Source: Planctomycetota bacterium
Lineage (GTDB): Bacteria; Planctomycetota; UBA1135; UBA2386
DNA: 29,967 nt
Assembly (NCBI GenBank): GCA_947501605.1
Contig: CANMWZ010000045.1
Location: forward strand, 1-29,967
Direction: 5' to 3'
The notes under the pieces were generated by a model, which saw nothing but the letters and a program-made list of their open reading frames with translations, ran no database searches and had not been told where the DNA came from. Both the position numbers and the translations under genes were made by a program. Every line of letters begins with the position of its first letter. Position 1 is the first letter of the stretch. This document shows, piece by piece, positions 27,757 through 29,967 of this stretch.

Positions 27757-29676
27757 ATGCGCACTCGCCTGCTTGTGTTGTTTGCGGCTCTGCTGGTGCT
27801 GTCGAGCTGCCAGCTGACCCTGGTGGCGTTTGCGGTTCCCATAACGACTCCCGTCGGTCAGGTGTTCGAAGTCGCTGCGACGTTCACCACGACCAACACG
27901 CCGGGCTCTGGCGGTGCCGTGCTGCAGGTGCCGAACGGCTTTGCAGTGTTGGGCACGAGTCCGCCAAACATCAGCTTCGTGCGCGACGATCCAGCGCTCA
28001 TCGGGCTCTACACGGCAGAGCCGGGCCACTACCTCGCGAGCTGGTCGTTTGGTCAACTGTCACTGCCTCCGACATCAACCTATCGCGTCTTCGTTCGCGC
28101 ACCGTCGGTGCCTGTGCAAGGGACATTCAAGGTGGTGCTCGCCAATCGACAGTCCAGTCAAGCTTGGCAGTCGAGTTCGCCAGCGGGCGTCACCAACTTC
28201 GCCTTGATCACCTCGGCGCCAAACGCGCGGTCCGTGCAGGTCGTCCCGGTGCCGCTCACGGACTACGCAATCGACGCGATCGGTATGCCCTACGGGACTG
28301 TGATCTCGTCGTTCTGGGGTGTGCGCCTTGCCGATCTCGACGGCGACGGCAATGACGACCTCGCGACGACGAGCCGCGCCTTCCGTCGGCTGCCCGCGGG
28401 CTGGTTCGAATCCAGCACGGGCCTCACGCCTTCGACGTTTCGCGAACGCGTCGCCACAGGAGATTTCGATGGCGATGGCTTCGTCGATCTGGTGCAAGGC
28501 AGCGGCCAGGTCTTCTTTGGCAACGGCGGTGCCGGTTGGGTAGCGGGCCCGCGACTGACTGGCATCGTGCCGACCTTCGGTGTCGCTACCGGTGACGTCA
28601 ATGGCGACGGCCTCGACGACATCGCCCTTGCCGGCTTCGACAAGTACCTCTTCGTCTACCGCAGCAACGCCAACCGCACGTTCACCAACTCGAGCAGTGG
28701 GCTGCCGGCCCTACCGATCCTTGGCGGCGGCGAAGTGTTGCTGCACGACGTGACCGGCGATGGCAACCTCGACCTGGTCTGGACCGAGGTCTGGGCCGGC
28801 AATGGCCAAGGCGCATGGTCAGTCAGCACTGGCATGAGCCCCAATGCCGCGGCCGGCGTGGATGCCGGCGACCTCGACGGCGACGGGTTGCCTGAAGTCG
28901 TACACGCCAACAACGGAACGGGTCTCACGGTCCACCGGCACCTCGGTGGCAATGTCTGGGCCTTGGTAGCGCCCATCGCACCCATCGCCAGGATCGTCAG
29001 CAGTGTGGTGGTGCTCGACTACGACCGCGACGGCCTCAATGACTTGGCCGTCGGCTACAACGACACTACGAACGGCATCGAGATCTGGCGCAACCAGGGC
29101 GGCATGACGTTCGCGCTGATGCCAGGCACGGGGATGCCCGCAAGTACCCCCACTTCGGTGCAAGACCTCGCCGTCGGGGACATCAACGGCGACACCTTTC
29201 CAGACATCGCGGCCGCATTCAGCGCCCAGGGGCTCGCGGTGTACCAAAACTGGCGGTCTGGCGTGTCGCGCTTCGGCGCTGGATGCGGAGGCGCGGCGCT
29301 GCCGTCGCTGACGCTTGCGGCGAGTGGCCAGCCGCAGCTCGGCAACAATGCGTTCGCCCTGCGACTAGTCGGCGGGCAGCCAGGGACGACGGCGGTGCTG
29401 TGGCTCGGCAGCAGCCGTTCGACATGGATCGGCACAGGCGCCTTGCCGCTCGATCTCGGCGGCTTCGGTGCGCCGGGCTGCACGCTCTTGACGGGAGCCG
29501 AGTCGGTGATGTGGGGCGTGTTCGATGCCGCCGGTGCCTTTGCTCTGCCAACGCCGATCCCAGCCATTCCGTCCCTGCAACGATCGACGGCGTTCGCACA
29601 GGGCGCGGCGCTGGCGCCGAGCGTCAACGCGTTGGGGTTCGCGTTCTCCGGCGGCCTCGCGATCCGCATCGATTGA
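27757..29676 (+). CDS. Exported FG-GAP/VCBS repeat (beta-propeller) protein with C-terminal domain
   Basis: Hydrophobic leader; seven D-x-[DNT]-[GR]-D-[GT]-x-x-[DE] repeats ([63 protein letters not shown]); tail begins FGAGC. Confidence 0.88.
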   Translation: MRTRLLVLFAALLVLSSCQLTLVAFAVPITTPVGQVFEVAATFTTTNTPGSGGAVLQVPNGFAVLGTSPPNISFVRDDPALIGLYTAEPGHYLASWSFGQLSLPPTSTYRVFVRAPSVPVQGTFKVVLANRQSSQAWQSSSPAGVTNFALITSAPNARSVQVVPVPLTDYAIDAIGMPYGTVISSFWGVRLADLDGDGNDDLATTSRAFRRLPAGWFESSTGLTPSTFRERVATGDFDGDGFVDLVQGSGQVFFGNGGAGWVAGPRLTGIVPTFGVATGDVNGDGLDDIALAGFDKYLFVYRSNANRTFTNSSSGLPALPILGGGEVLLHDVTGDGNLDLVWTEVWAGNGQGAWSVSTGMSPNAAAGVDAGDLDGDGLPEVVHANNGTGLTVHRHLGGNVWALVAPIAPIARIVSSVVVLDYDRDGLNDLAVGYNDTTNGIEIWRNQGGMTFALMPGTGMPASTPTSVQDLAVGDINGDTFPDIAAAFSAQGLAVYQNWRSGVSRFGAGCGGAALPSLTLAASGQPQLGNNAFALRLVGGQPGTTAVLWLGSSRSTWIGTGALPLDLGGFGAPGCTLLTGAESVMWGVFDAAGAFALPTPIPAIPSLQRSTAFAQGAALAPSVNALGFAFSGGLAIRID

Positions 29677-29713
29677 TGCGCGGTCAGGCGCCGACGTCGC
29701 CAAGCCCAGAACC

Positions 29714-29967
29714 ATGAAGCCACTCACGGTCGCCGAGATCCGCGCGCGAGTCGCGGCACTGCCGAAGTGGACCTTTGAGGGCAACGCTCTGCGGCGAGAG
29801 TTCGTCTACCGCGACTTCGCAGCGGCCTTTGCGTTCATGACGCGTGTCGCGACCTTGGCCGAGGCCCACGACCACCATCCGGATTGGCGCAATGTCTACA
29901 ATCGCGTGACCATTGCCTTGTCGACGCACGACGCTGGCGGCGTGACGCATCGCGATTTCGAACTGGC
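29714..29967 (+). CDS. phhB: Pterin-4-alpha-carbinolamine dehydratase (partial, runs off window; absent from ORF track)
   Basis: ATG 29714: [84 protein letters not shown], with HHP and THD signatures. Confidence 0.92.
   Translation, partial: MKPLTVAEIRARVAALPKWTFEGNALRREFVYRDFAAAFAFMTRVATLAEAHDHHPDWRNVYNRVTIALSTHDAGGVTHRDFEL

Overview
GC-rich bacterial accessory region. The protein styles suggest an uncultured Planctomycetota-like organism, which is inference only. Intact genes are: a DUF2911-like/FKBP fusion, an HrpB-like DEAH helicase, a long Fic protein, a Cys-rich exported protein, a membrane protein, an orphan poly-HAMP chemoreceptor, a tandem USP, RtcB, an acetyl-CoA hydrolase/transferase, an N-formylglutamate amidohydrolase-like protein, a three-gene RND efflux operon, dodecin, an MBOAT + SGNH-like O-acylation pair, an FG-GAP repeat protein and a pterin-4a-carbinolamine dehydratase cut by the window edge. 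Between them lie many decayed remnants: a tgt 5' fragment, truncated rtcA, a collapsed rtcR and two IS91/ISCR-like transposase scraps. Three signals stand out. (1) An unannotated ~60-80 bp dispersed element occurs in four diverged copies (1-62, 6788-6863, 7036-7075, 11066-11123); it has a covarying stem and an oriIS-like end, and the copies form two outward-facing pairs that bracket gene blocks. (2) In the Rtc RNA-repair locus only RtcB survives, while its activator, its cyclase and the -12 box of its sigma54 promoter have decayed. (3) Three unrelated exported proteins share a similar C-terminal domain.
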